Shown here in pieces: positions 26,381 through 38,874 of a stretch of 64,000 nucleotides of DNA; the stretch's first letter is position 1; every line of letters starts with the position of its first letter. Under the pieces are notes generated by a model that saw nothing but the letters and a program-made list of their open reading frames with translations, was not told the origin of the DNA and made no database searches. A program made the position numbers and the translations under genes. The stretch spans positions 54,436,001 through 54,500,000 of the forward strand of contig NW_027266343.1 in assembly GCF_022045235.1 (NCBI RefSeq). Direction: 5' to 3'. This DNA is from Haliotis cracherodii (taxonomy: Eukaryota).

Positions 26381-27734
26381 CAGAAGGAGGCTCAAAGGCC
26401 TGATCAAAGAGCCCTGATACTGCTCCATTAATGGTACAGCAGTGTATACATACAAAGAACAATATTACACAGAGAATAACTCCTCAGCAATGAGGAATCA
26501 CAGATGATTCATACATGACATTTATCCAGATGTATTGGCAACTTGGCATTCAAACTTCCTTGTCTATTAAAGAAAAATATATGATTCAAACTGAACAGTG
26601 ATCCTGAGACAAGATGCATATCACAAGTAATATATATCATGAAGTATCCCTATCAAATGTTCAATAGTATATATGCATCAATATTTGCCAAGAAAAATAC
26701 TTTCTTTTTCACAATTATCATTATTTTACAGAAACTTGTTTGTGTTTCATTTTCCAAACAATACAGTGGCTTATAAAACTACACATTACTCTCTTACAAA
26801 ACAAAAGCCAAACATTAAACAGAAAATTCCACTACTTTTCAATCCGGAAAGATGTAATTCAATACCCTTATTATTTCATCCCTGGAAGTCCCTGTTAGTC
26901 TATGGAAAGCCATCAATCAAGTAAACACACAACCACTATATCTGTCTTGCCATAATATTATTGACCACATAACCTCACGCCCTTCAATGTTTTACCCTAA
27001 ACACTCGGAAACAGATCATCCAACAACTGCTTCTTATCAGACATCCTGTCCAATGCAAACTAAAGTAAAGGTCTTCCAAACAGTCCCCATATCCTTTACA
27101 TTGAGGCATGACGCAACAACAACATTGTGCAACACTGTTCCCTGCGTTTGTCTTGGAGACAGCGTTCTATCTGGGGAAGATCAGCTACGATCAATATCTT
27201 CATAATAGACAGTGTGGAATCACATCTGCAGATATTGACTGGCAGAATGTAGCAACATGGCGGTCATTATTGCCAGTTTCTGTCTGATCAATGGCCACAG
27301 ACACTACTGTTTCTGACAGGAAAACCTGCAAACATGTCACATCCAGTGAGATCTCGACTAATAAAGTGTGTCCTTTCTGACGTCATCAGGGCACAGGAAT
27401 TGCTGGTCATGACGTACTTGTTCTTGTGAACTGCCGTACAGAGCGTCACTCACTTTGTGAACTACCTGCAATAATGCTTGGCTGATTAATGGTATTGTTT
27501 GATGCCATCTGACATATTGTCTTTAATATTATATGAGCTGAGGCATCTCCTCTGATGTTACCAACTTTTAAACTTGTACAATCTGGTAGCCAAGACTGCA
27601 ATGACCAATCTGTGTTATGGTGATATTAATTGTCAATTGGATACCTCCTTAATTGTTCAATAGCGAGATGAATGGTTTTTCAAGCAGTAGTCAACAATAT
27701 TGCAGCTCTCAGGGTGACCTGACAGTGACCTTAG

Positions 27735-28300
27735 TGTCAGCAACACTCCATGCCATCAGGGCAAGATGACACACAGGTAGGTCAGGACAGAGTCAGACAA
27801 CAGTGTCACCATCAATCCATGCCATCAGGGCAAGACGACATACAGGTAGGTCAGGACAGAGTCAGACAACAGTGTCACCATCAATCCATGCCATCAGGGC
27901 AAGACGACATACAGGTAGGTCAGGACAGAGTCAGACAACAGTGTCGACATCAATCCATGCCATCAGGGCAAGACGACACACAGTTATGTCAGGACAGAGT
28001 CGGACAACAGTGTCACCATCAATCCATGCCATCAGGGCAAGACGACACACAGGTAGGTCTCACTGAGTCGGACAACAGTGTCACCATCAATCCATGCCAT
28101 CATGGCGAGACAAGACGCAGGTAGGTCAGGAAAGCCTCAGGCAAACACCATCAATCCATCCCATCAGGGAAGGATGACACACAGGTAGGTCAGGACAGAG
28201 TCAGGCAACAGTGTCACCATTAATCCATGCCATCAGGGCAAGACAACACACAGGTAGGTCAGGACAGACTCAGACAACAGTGTCACCATCAATCCATCCC
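27735..28300. repeat. 69-bp minisatellite
   Basis: ccatgccatcagggcaagacgaca...caccatcaat, about 8 units. Confidence 0.95.
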
Positions 28301-28549
28301 TGTCCATGACAGGATTCCGTGTGGGTCACAAGTTGGAGACATTCTTCCCTGGGGATCTCCCATCCAATTGCTACAGATCTGGTCAGAGAATGACCTTACC
28401 ATAACAAGATTCAGGGCTCATGTTCAGAAAACATAGACTTCCTTCTTGAAGTTGACAGAAACCATTATATGAGTGATTGATTATGGCGCCAAAGTTCTTC
28501 AGAGTTTCCAGCCATTTCAAGACAGAAACAATACACATCACACAATGTA

Positions 28550-29990
28550 GGAAATATGACCCAAGTGTAGTTCATCACTAATCAGGGGATGTCATCCGGG
28601 AGTAGTTCATGGCGAGGCAAGGTATATGATCTGGGTGTAGTTCATGGCTAGGCATGGAAAATGATCTGGGTGTAGTTCATGGTGAGGCATGGTATATGAT
28701 CTGGGTGTAGTTCATGGCTAGGCATGGAAAATGATCTGGGTGTAGTTCATGGTGAGGCATGGTATATGATCTGGGAGTAGTTCATGGTGAGGCATGGTAT
28801 AAGATCTGGGTTGTAGTTCATGGCGAGGCATGGTATATGATCTGGGTGTAATTCATGGCTAGGCATGGTATATGATCTGGGTGTGGTTCATGGCTAGGCA
28901 TGGTATATGATCTGGGAGTAGTTCATGGTGAGGCATGGTATAAGATCTGGGTTGTAGTTCATGGCGAGGCATGGTATATGATCTGGGTGTAATTCATGGC
29001 TAGGCATGGTATATGATGTGGGGGTAGTTCATGGCTAGGCATGGTATATGATCTGGGTGTAGTTCATGGCTAGGCATGGTATATGATCTGGGTGTAGTTC
29101 ATGGCGAGGCATGGAAAATGATCTGGGTGTAGTTCATGGCGAGGCATGGTATAAGATCTGGGTGTAATTCATGGTGAGGCATGGTATATGATCTGGGTGT
29201 AGTTCATGGCGAGGCATGGTATAAGATCTGGGTGTAGTTCATGGTGAGGCATGGTATATGATCTGGGTGTAGTTCATGGTGAGGCATGGTATATGATCTG
29301 GGTGTAGTTCATGGCTAGGCATGGAAAATGATCTGGGTGTAGTTCATGGCTAGGCATGGTATAAGATCTGGGTGTAGTTCATGGCGAGGCATGGAAAATG
29401 ATCTGGGTGTAGTTCATGGCGAGGCATGGTATATGATCTGGGTGTAGTTCATGGTGAGGCATGGTATATGATCTGGATGTAATTCATGGCTAGGCATGGT
29501 ATATGATGTGGGGGTAGTTCATGGCTAGGCATGGTATATGATCTGGGTGTAGTTCATGGCGAGGCATGGAAAATGATCTGGGTGTAGTTCATGGCGAGGC
29601 ATGGTATATGATCTGGGTATAGTTCATCGCGAGGCATGGTATATGATCTGGGTGTAGTTCATGGTGAGGCATGGTATATGATCTGGATGTAATTCATGGC
29701 TAGGCATGGTATATGATCTGGGTGTAGTTCATGGTGAGGCATGGTATATGATCTGGGTGTAGTTCATGGCTAGGCATGGTATATGATCTGGGTATAGTTC
29801 ATGGCTAGGCATGGTATATGATCTGGGTGTAGTTCATGGCTAGGCATGGTATATGATCTGGGTGTAGTTCATGGCTAGGCATGGCATATGATCTGGGTGT
29901 AGTTCATGGCTAGGCATGGTATATGATCTGGGTGTACTTCAAGGCTATGCAGAGGATGCGATTCAGGTGTAGTTCATTAATAAACATGGA
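28550..29990. repeat. 35-bp minisatellite, variant A (gtagttcatggcgaggcatggtatatgatctgggt)
   Basis: About 39 units. Confidence 0.97.
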
Positions 29991-30868
29991 ATATAACCTA
30001 GCTGTTCAGGGCTAAGTAAGGAATATGACCCAGCTGTAGTTCAGGGCTAAGTAAGGAATAGGACCCATCTGTAGTTCAGGGCTTAGTAAGGAATATGACC
30101 CAGCTGTAGTTCAGGGCTAAGTAAGGAATCGGACCCAACTGTAGTTCAGGGTTAAGTAAGGAAGAGGACCCAGTTGTAGTTCAGGGCTAAGTAAGGAATA
30201 TAACCCAGCTGTAGTTCAGGGCTAAGTAAGGAATATAACCCAGCTGTAGTTCAGGGCTAAGTAAGGAATATAACCCAGCTGTAGTTCAGGGCTAAGTAAG
30301 GAATATGACCCAGCTGTAGTTCAGGGCTAAGTAAGGAATATGACCAAGCTGTAGTTCAGGGAAAACATGGAATAGGACCTAGCTGTAGTTCAGGGCTAAG
30401 TAAGGAATAGGACCCAGCTGTAGTTCAGGGCTAAGTAAGGAATATGACCAAGCTGTAGTTCAGGGCTAAGTAAGGAATAGGTCCCAGCTGTAGTTCAGGG
30501 CTAAGTAAGGAATATGACCAAGCTGTAGTTCAGGGAAAACATGGAATAGGACCTAGCTGTAGTTCAGGGCTAAGTAAGGAATATGACCAAGCTGTAGTTA
30601 ACGGCTAAACATGGAATATGACCCAGCTGTAGTTCAGGGCTTAGTAAGGAATATGACCCAGCTGTAGTTCAGGGCTAAGTAAGGAATATGACCCAGCTGT
30701 AGTTCACGGCTAAACATGGAATATGACCCAGCTGTAGTTCAGGGCTAAGTAAGGAATATGACCCAGCTGTAGTTCACGGCTAAACATGGAATATGACCCA
30801 GCTGTAGTTCAGGGCTAAGTAAGGAATAGGTTACAGCTGTAGTTCATGGCTAAACAAGGAATATGACA
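29991..30868. repeat. 35-bp minisatellite, variant B (gtagttcagggctaagtaaggaatatgacccagct)
   Basis: About 25 units, same period and register as variant A. Confidence 0.97.
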
Positions 30869-31479
30869 AATTCAACATTCTTTGTTCGAAGTTGGTCAAG
30901 CACTGGAATAGACAAATAATCTTGGCTGGGTAACATTGACATATATTCATCTTGTCAGTCTGTTCGAGGATTGTCTTTGGCACCACACCACAACACATGT
31001 TGCATTGTGCAACAGCTTATGCCAATATCGCATGAAAGGGTGTTTTTTGAGTGTTTCAAGCCAAGAGGCAATAGAAATTCATCCCAGGATACTGCAACAT
31101 GAAACTAATGCTGGCATTTACCAACCTGAGAGTCCTGATACTGCTCCATCAATGGTGCAACAGTGCATACAATTAACAATGTCACATAGAAGAGATCTCA
31201 TCATCTAGGAGGCATTACACATTATATGTTCTAGCTTTTGGAATGGAACTCACTAATGCAAAAGTCCTAGAGACAGTAATTCGGAGACGTGAGTGAACTA
31301 TTGTATATATTCTGCATTTGACATTGGGGTGCTGCAGCAACAGCTGTTTTTATTGTCACATCAAAACGTCTGCAATGTCTTCAACAATGGAGACATCATG
31401 CTAGATTATTGGACACATTTTTCTGTCAAAAGTCACTTCCTCAACAAACAAAAACAAAAGACATGAATCAGATTAAATG

Positions 31480-31658
31480 ACAGTAAAAACTACTGTTATA
31501 ATGAACATGCTTATCACGAAATGACCAATACAACAAACTTAGTTTTAGTCCCGGCCATTGGTTGTATATATGCTGTATATATGCTTATTATGAACTACGG
31601 TTATAACAAACTAAAATTAGTGGTCCTTTTGAGTTTGTTATAACCACAGTTAAATGTA
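31480..31658. mobile_element. Degenerate pogo/Tigger-type MITE
   Basis: CAGTAAAAACTACTGTTATAATGAAC ... GTTTGTTATAACCACAGTTAAATG|TA, with internal GTTATAAC repeats. Confidence 0.5.
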
Positions 31659-31792
31659 TTTATTTCAGTGAGAATTATCGATATTGACATATGTACATGT
31701 TAATATAGCGGCATATGTAAGGAGTGTATGTATACATTATTGATAGTTTCACGATATACTGTAATTAACTGTCAATTTACAGATCAACGTAG

Positions 31793-32083
31793 TGACTGCG
31801 TGAGTGAGTTTGGCTTCACACCATACTGAACAGTATTACAGGCATGCATGTCCCAGCATCACAGGGAAGCACTGATGTGGGAGGAAATCCCGAACTCAAG
31901 CAGGTCTTTGACGATTTCCATGCTGGTGAAACACCTGAACACAGATATGCTGACACACCTAGAAACATATTCAGGGTGAATTTGGGATGCTAACCCATGA
32001 TCATAGGATTCTGATGTGTCCAAGGGATGCAACTCTGCACAGCGACCTCTGCCTCCTTGGACAACTTAGCCAGTCATGCCCCC
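31793..32083 (-). mobile_element. Family 3 SINE, diverged
   Basis: aacagtatt...gatgtgggaggaaa...ccaagggatgcaactctgcac shared with the other copies. Confidence 0.7.
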
Positions 32084-32544
32084 TGTAGATGTTAGATATT
32101 CATCGATCGTCACCCCAAGAACAAGCACTTTTTCATTATAGGATCTGTGCAGTGACAAGAAGTTATAAAGCTGAAGCAATTTGTTAACAAACCTTTGATA
32201 ACTCGGCTTTCATTTTCAAAATCAATCATGATCTTGTCTGATTAATGGTGACCAGAGCAGTTTCTACATAATGGATGGTGTGTTCTCCAGCATGATGTAA
32301 AAAAAGGACAAGAAGCATGGAACACTATTACCAAGCTGCAACCTTCAAAGGTTGGACTGATCAGTGGGGACATGTGAGAGCCGATACAACATTTACCATC
32401 AACATGCTTCTACATGAACATGACAGGAGGCTGTGACCACCTGGTCTGTCTACAAGATGACCTACACTATTAGTACGTTAACCAAGAATATCTCAAACTT
32501 AAATTACTTACAATCACTTTGCTACATAATCGAATGAAAACTGA

Positions 32545-33410
32545 TGTGACCACCTGGTCTATCTACAAAATGACCTACAAAATGACTACAAGATGACCTA
32601 CATGTTGACCTACGTGTTGACCTACAAGATGATCTACAAGATAATCTACAAGATAATCTGCAAGATTACTACAAGATGACCCATAAGATGATCTACAAGA
32701 CGATCTACAAGATGACTACAGGATGACCTACAAGATGACTACAAGATGACAAGATGATCTTCAAGATGACCACAACATGACCTACAAGAGGATCTACAAG
32801 AGGATCTACAAGATGACCACAACATGACCTACAAGATGACTACAAGATGTTCTACAAGATGACTACAAGATGATCTACAAGATGACCACAACATGACCTA
32901 CAAGATGACTACCAGATGTTCTACAAGATGACTACCAGATGTTCTACAAGATGACTACAAGATGATCTAGAAGATGACAAGATGATCTACAAGATGATCT
33001 ACAAGATGACTACAAGATGACATACAAGATGACTGCAAGATGATCTACAAGATGACCACAACATGACCTACAAGATGACTACAAGATGATCTACGAGATG
33101 ACCACAACATGACCTACAAGATGACTACAACATGACCTACAAGATGACTGCAAGATGATCTACATGATGACTACAAGATGATCTACAAGATGACTACAAG
33201 ATGATCAACAAGATGACCACAACATGACCTACAAGATGACAAGATGATCTACAAGATGACTACAAGATGACCTACAAGACGACTACAAGATGACTGCAAG
33301 ATAATCTACAAAAATTATCTACAAGATGACATGGCCTTCAAGATGACCTACACAATGACTACAAGATGACTGCAAGATGATCTACAAGATGGCCTTTAAG
33401 ATGACCTACA
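32545..33410. repeat. 11-12-bp repeat (ctacaagatga[c/t])
   Basis: Direct inspection. Confidence 0.95.
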
Positions 33411-33884
33411 ATTAGAAAGATCTGAACCAACAATATTTCAAACCCAAATGACAGTCCCATTCAACTTTCAAATGTGGTGCTTTCATGCAAAAGTATGAGT
33501 GAGCAAGTTGGCTTCAATGCTGCTTTTCAGTGTTTCGGCTATATCCTGATGTGACAGCTTAACATTGGGAGCACCACTCTTGTCACACCGAATGTCTTTT
33601 TCATGCTGTTGACAGGAGCACATACAAGAAACAAGTGAGGTTTTCCCACCTCACGCATTCGCATAAGGCTTGGGAAGTAAGTTGCTACTTCTTGCACAAC
33701 TTGTTATAGAAAGTTGACAGTAAAGACGACTTCTGTTGAAAAACTAAAGATTTTATATTGTGATGACAGCACTTATGTGAAAAAGGTTTGCAATTGCAAG
33801 AATTGTGTTCCCAGAAAAACTAAAAGCTGGTTTACAGTGACAGACAGATTAGAGGTATGATGGCTGAGAGTTCTTTATAAAATG

Positions 33885-34090
33885 TGTGGTTGTTGGTTGT
33901 TGGTTTGTTGTTTAACGCCGCACTCAACAGTATTCCAGCTACATGACGATGGTCTGTAAATAATCAAGTCTGGATCAGACAATCAAGTGATTGACATCAT
34001 GAGCATCAATCCAAGCAATTGTGATACGATGACATGCATCAACCATGTCATTGAGCCTGATCCGCCAATACCGTTAGTCGCCTCTTATGA
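33885..34090 (-). mobile_element. Retroposon family 2, 5'-truncated
   Basis: Colinear with the 3' ~200 bp of the family. Confidence 0.85.
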
Positions 34091-34527
34091 GAAAGAATTG
34101 TGACATGCATTATGATAATGATCATGGTATACCTTACAGGAACTCATGGCTAGTGTATATGGTAGGGTTGATGATGAAACCCTTGCCTTTCAGTTGAAGC
34201 ATCTAATCACCATCTGTTCCCGTTATCATCAAGAATAATGGATGAATTTACAAAAAGTAGATATGAAGCCATGAGTGAGTAAGTGAATGTTGTTTGATCC
34301 AGACATTCTTCAAATAGTCAAGCCTGTGCCAAGCAGACCAGAGAAAGTTATGTCACTAAGATATCATGAAACATAATCTGCTTAATAACCCATTGCAACA
34401 ACCCAAATCATTAATCAGCTCTGAGGTGAAAGAGTGAGTATTGTTTTATGCCTCTGCTAGTAATATTCCAGCCATATCAAAACAGGGGATATAATATGAG
34501 GCTTAGTATTCATTTTTTATAAGGGGA

Positions 34528-34668
34528 GCGAGTGAGGATTTACGCTGCTTTTAGCAATATTCCAACAATGTCAAAGCAGGGGACACCAGATATGGGTTTC
34601 ACGCATTGTAATAGAACCCAAGTCTACGGCATGACAAGCAGATTCTTTAAACACGAAGCTACCCCACT
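34528..34668 (-). mobile_element. Degenerate SINE family 1, about 65 bp downstream of the KChIP exon donor
   Basis: tttacgctgcttttagcaatattcc...ggggacaccaga. Confidence 0.7.
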
Positions 34669-34731
34669 GTCCCTTTTTCATAAGGAAATCCAACTGTTGT
34701 ACATATGCCCCAAGGAGAGGGGTTTTCCTAC

Positions 34732-34856
34732 CTGCTTGAATCCCCTGTACATTATCTGCAGTTCCTTGCGTGTGAACTTGGTGTTGCGGCAGAGGACGTC
34801 AATCCCCTCCGGCTTGTATCGCACCACCTGCATTTCCAGGTCATCAATGTCATGAT
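34732..34856 (-). CDS. KCNIP: Internal coding exon of a Kv channel-interacting protein (KChIP4-like/calsenilin, neuronal calcium sensor family), covering the H1-H2 helices before EF-hand 1
   Basis: Translation (D)HDIDDLEMQVVRYKPEGIDVLCRNTKFTRKELQIMYRGFKQ matches vertebrate KChIP (EDELEMATVRHRPE...KFTKKELQILYRGFKN). Canonical TTTGCAG acceptor (phase 1) and CAG|GTAGGA donor (phase 0); 125 bp. Confidence 0.95.
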
Positions 34857-35258
34857 CTGCAAACAAAGTAGACCACATTACAACCTGGAGGACGACTGCA
34901 CATCAAACAGACAGAAGCAATATTCCAGCAAATATCACAGCGGGGGACATCAGAAATGGGTTTCACCCATGTCCCCAGAATCTATAAAGAAAATGAAAAC
35001 ATGCATGTCAGGATACAACAATAACAATACTGGTATGTTGAATGGTCTGAAATACAAAATAACTGCAATCTAAATGTAGTTTAGTGATCCATTCATATAA
35101 CTGTCATCATTAGTTTGCCATTCATGCCCAACTGAAACTGTTTCAGTGGACAATCGAGAGACCGGTTATTCTCTGGTAATGATGTTTTATATTTTCCTGC
35201 ATTCTCACCTTCATTACTACATCTAATGAAAGTAAAAATGTCAGTTCAGGTCAGCTTA

Positions 35259-35322
35259 TGAGTGAGTGAGTGAGTGAGTGAGTGAGTGAGTGAGTGAGTG
35301 AGTGAGTGAGTGAGTGAGTGAG
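35259..35322 (+). repeat. (GAGT)n microsatellite
   Basis: About 16 perfect units. Confidence 0.97.
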
Positions 35323-35669
35323 CTGGGTTTGATCCTGCATGTACTTTATCTTAGTAATATCACTGAGTGTCAGTCTCAATGGAGGAGGTAGCCCACACAC
35401 ATAGCACTGTTTACCCCCTCATGTCTATGGTGCAGACATGACAAAATAAAGGATCACAATTTAACCTGAATGGCCTCCTCAAATGGCCCAAAACATTTAC
35501 CACAGACTCTGATTATAAGCCTAAATATCACACTGTCCATATACTTATCATTCACATGAGAATAGGTGATATATCTCATTTACAATTGTATTACATAAAA
35601 TATGTGAGGTGAAATGAGGTTCTAATGAAGCATTCAAGATTATTGCACTTATATAGTGACCTAATGTAT

Positions 35670-36860
35670 AAAATATACATGACCTCCTACCTCTATTAAT
35701 CCCTGTGATGGACTGTGGGATATACATGACCTCCCACCCCTATTAATCCGTGACATGTGCTATGGGATATACATGACCTGACATCTATTAATCCGTGAAA
35801 TAGGCTGTAGGATATACATGACCTCTGACATCTATTAATCCCTGACATGGGCTGTGGGATATACATGACCTCCAACCTCTATTAATCCGTGACATGGGCT
35901 GTGGGATATACATGACCTCTGACATCTATTAATCCGTGACATGGGCTGTGGGATATACATGACCTCCGACATCTATTAATCTGTGACATAGGCTGTGGGA
36001 TATACATGACCTCTGACATCTATTAATCCGTACCATAGGCTGTGGGATATACATGACCTCCGACATCTATTAATCCCTGACATGGGCTGTGGGATATACA
36101 TGACCTCCAAACTCTATTAATCCGTGACATAGGCTGTGGGATATACATGACCTCCGACATCTATTAATCCGTGACATCGGCTGTGGGATATACATGACCT
36201 CTGACATCTATTAATCCCTGACATGGGCTGTGGGATATACATGACCTTCGACCTCTATTAATCCGTGACATGGGCTGTGGGATATACATGACCTCTGACA
36301 TCTTTTAATCCCTGACATGGGCTGTGGGATATACATGACCTCCGGCATCTATTAATCACTGACTGTGCCACATACATTGGTATTGTTAACAACATATACG
36401 ACCTCTGACTTCTATTAATCCCTGACTGTGAGATGCACATAGGGATTGCATATGTAGCAGGGCGTGGAGTCATCCCTGAGATGACTTCTTGACCTGATCA
36501 GAAGGTCGGTGGTTCGAATCCGATCACAGGACTCGGAAATCTAATGGCCGCTACACATACAACATATACAACCTCCCAACTCTATTAATCCCTGACTGTG
36601 GGATACACATCTGTATTGTATACAACATATACGACCTCCTACCTCTATTAATCCCTGACTGTGGGATACATCTCGGTATTGTATACAACATATATGACCT
36701 CCTACCTCTATTAATCCCTGACTGTGGGATACATCTCGGTATTGTATACAACATATATGACCTCCTACCTCTATTAATCCCTGACTGTGGGATATACATC
36801 TGTATTGTATACAACAACGATGACCTTCCACTTTTATTTATCCCAGACCGTAGGACATGC
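35670..36860. repeat. 47-bp minisatellite grading into a related 63-bp unit after ~36340
   Basis: Shared core atgacctc...ctattaatcc; period 47, then 63. Confidence 0.93.
36453..36555 (+). mobile_element. Solo LTR (internally deleted) of the tRNA-containing TRIM
   Basis: TGTAGC...GCTACA ends, CATA 4-bp TSD, B box GGTTCGAATCC. Matches the reverse complement of 57336-57495. Confidence 0.85.
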
Positions 36861-37719
36861 CACATCTATCAGTGCCTCAGGCCAGGGGTACAGGACACAT
36901 AATTTTTTTTATCATTTTGTAGCAGGAATATAGGATAGATTCCTTATTGAAAATTTGACATAATCACTTGGTACAGAGTCTGACTGGCATGGAATAGGTG
37001 ACGAATCCTTTGCTGACTTACATAATACAATCTTTCTAATGATGGGAAAACAACTATTCCCATGTGAGTATGTGAGTGAATGAGAGAGACATTTTAGGAA
37101 AACATTACTGCGCCCTTTGCCAAGCATTCACGTTAAAGTCACAACACCTCGACATATCTCATCAACATGTTTGTTTTTCTTCAACAACACTTTCTTTCGT
37201 GCATTATCTGTAAATTGCATTTACAAACGTAAAGAAACTAAATTAACTTGAAGTCAGTTACAGAAAGCTGTTAAACAAATACCAAGCTACTGACGAACAA
37301 CCTGAGTGTGAGTCGAAAGAAAAAAACGCAAAGCCACCTGGATTCCTAACAGGGATAGTGTCCCCGGAGGTATCGTTAATCAGGTTCACCACAAAACTAG
37401 ATCCACCAGCCCCGGTTCTTGTCCAAATGGACAAACACTTCATGAAATGTTGAATAAATAAACATGGTGGAGAGCAGAACATGGAAATGAGTTCATTTAA
37501 TCTGCGATGTCTTGGGTGGCCACCTCCACTTGGTGTACAACTGGCAACACGGTGGAGGGGTCCCCAGACAGCTGACAGGTGCTGCATGAGGAATCAAAGA
37601 GAGGAACTTGCTGTCAGCACCACAATTTGCATCTTCTTTTTTTAGAAAATATCGACAAAGCATCAATGAAGAAAAGTTGACTAAATACCAGGAACCACTC
37701 CTGGATGTCTTTAATTTGA

Positions 37720-38462
37720 GGGTATTTCAGTGCTACAATGATCAGTTTGGGTGTATTTCGGCGCTACAATGATCAGTTTGGGTGTATTTCAGCGCTACAT
37801 TGATCAGTTTGGGTGTATTTCGGCGCTACAATGATCAGTTTGGGTGTATTTCGGTGCTACAATGATCAGTTTGGGCGTATTTCAGCGCTACATTGATCAG
37901 TTTGGGTGTATTTCGGCGCTACAATGATCAGTTTGGGTGTATTTCGGTGCTACAATGATCAGTTTGGGCGTATTTCAGCGCTACAATGATCAGTTTGGGC
38001 GTATTTCAGCACTACAATGATCGTTCTAAGCATATTTCAGCACTACAATGATTGGTTTGAGTGTATTTCAGCACTACAATTATCAGTTTGGTATATTTCA
38101 GTGCTACAACGATCGTTCTGAGCATATTTCAGCACCACAATGATTGGTTTGAGCGTATTTCAGCACTACAATTATCAGTTTGGGCATATTTCAGCACTAC
38201 AATGATCGTTCTGAGCATATTTCAGTGCTAAAAATGATCGTTCTGAGCATATTTCAGCGCTACAATGATCGTTCTGAGCGTATTTCAGCACTACAATGAT
38301 CGTTCTGAGCATATTTCAGCACTACAATGATCGGTTTGAGCATATTTTAGCAGTACAATGATAAGTTTGAGCGTATTTCAGCAATACAATGATCAGTTTG
38401 AGCATATTTCAGCGCTACAATGATCGGTTTGAGTGTATTTCAGCACTACAATGATCGGTTTG
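37720..38462. repeat. 31-bp minisatellite (tacaatgatcagtttgggtgtatttcggcgc)
   Basis: About 24 units with a left-to-right variant gradient. Confidence 0.96.
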
Positions 38463-38616
38463 GTAACAAATGACCGACATTGCTGCAGCAGTCAGTGAGT
38501 GGGATGTGTGTTTACATCATTATCAGCAATATTCTATCACAACAAGGCGACACGAGAAATGCCAGGGCAAAATCGACCCAACCTTATGAAGGCTTTAACG
38601 TACATGTACTTACTGG

Positions 38617-38874
38617 TATGTTATGTTTGTTGTTTAACACTGCACTCAGCAATATTCCAGCTATGTGATGGCAGTCATCAAGTCTGGACCAGACAATCCA
38701 GTGATTGACATTATGGGCATCGATCTACACAATTGGGATACAATAACATGCATCAACCAAGTCAGCAAGCCAGACTACCTGATCCAGTTAGTCGCCTCTT
38801 ATGACAAGCATAGTTGCCTCTTAAGGCAAAAATGGGTTGCTGAAGACCTATTCTAACCCAGATCTTCACGGGTC
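38617..38874 (-). mobile_element. Retroposon family 2, full 5' end
   Basis: Colinear with 40227-40503. Confidence 0.88.

Noticed and set aside
27750-28124. 124-aa ORF with 23-aa repeats
   Set aside because: Translation of the 69-bp minisatellite, interrupted by stops and indels in later units.
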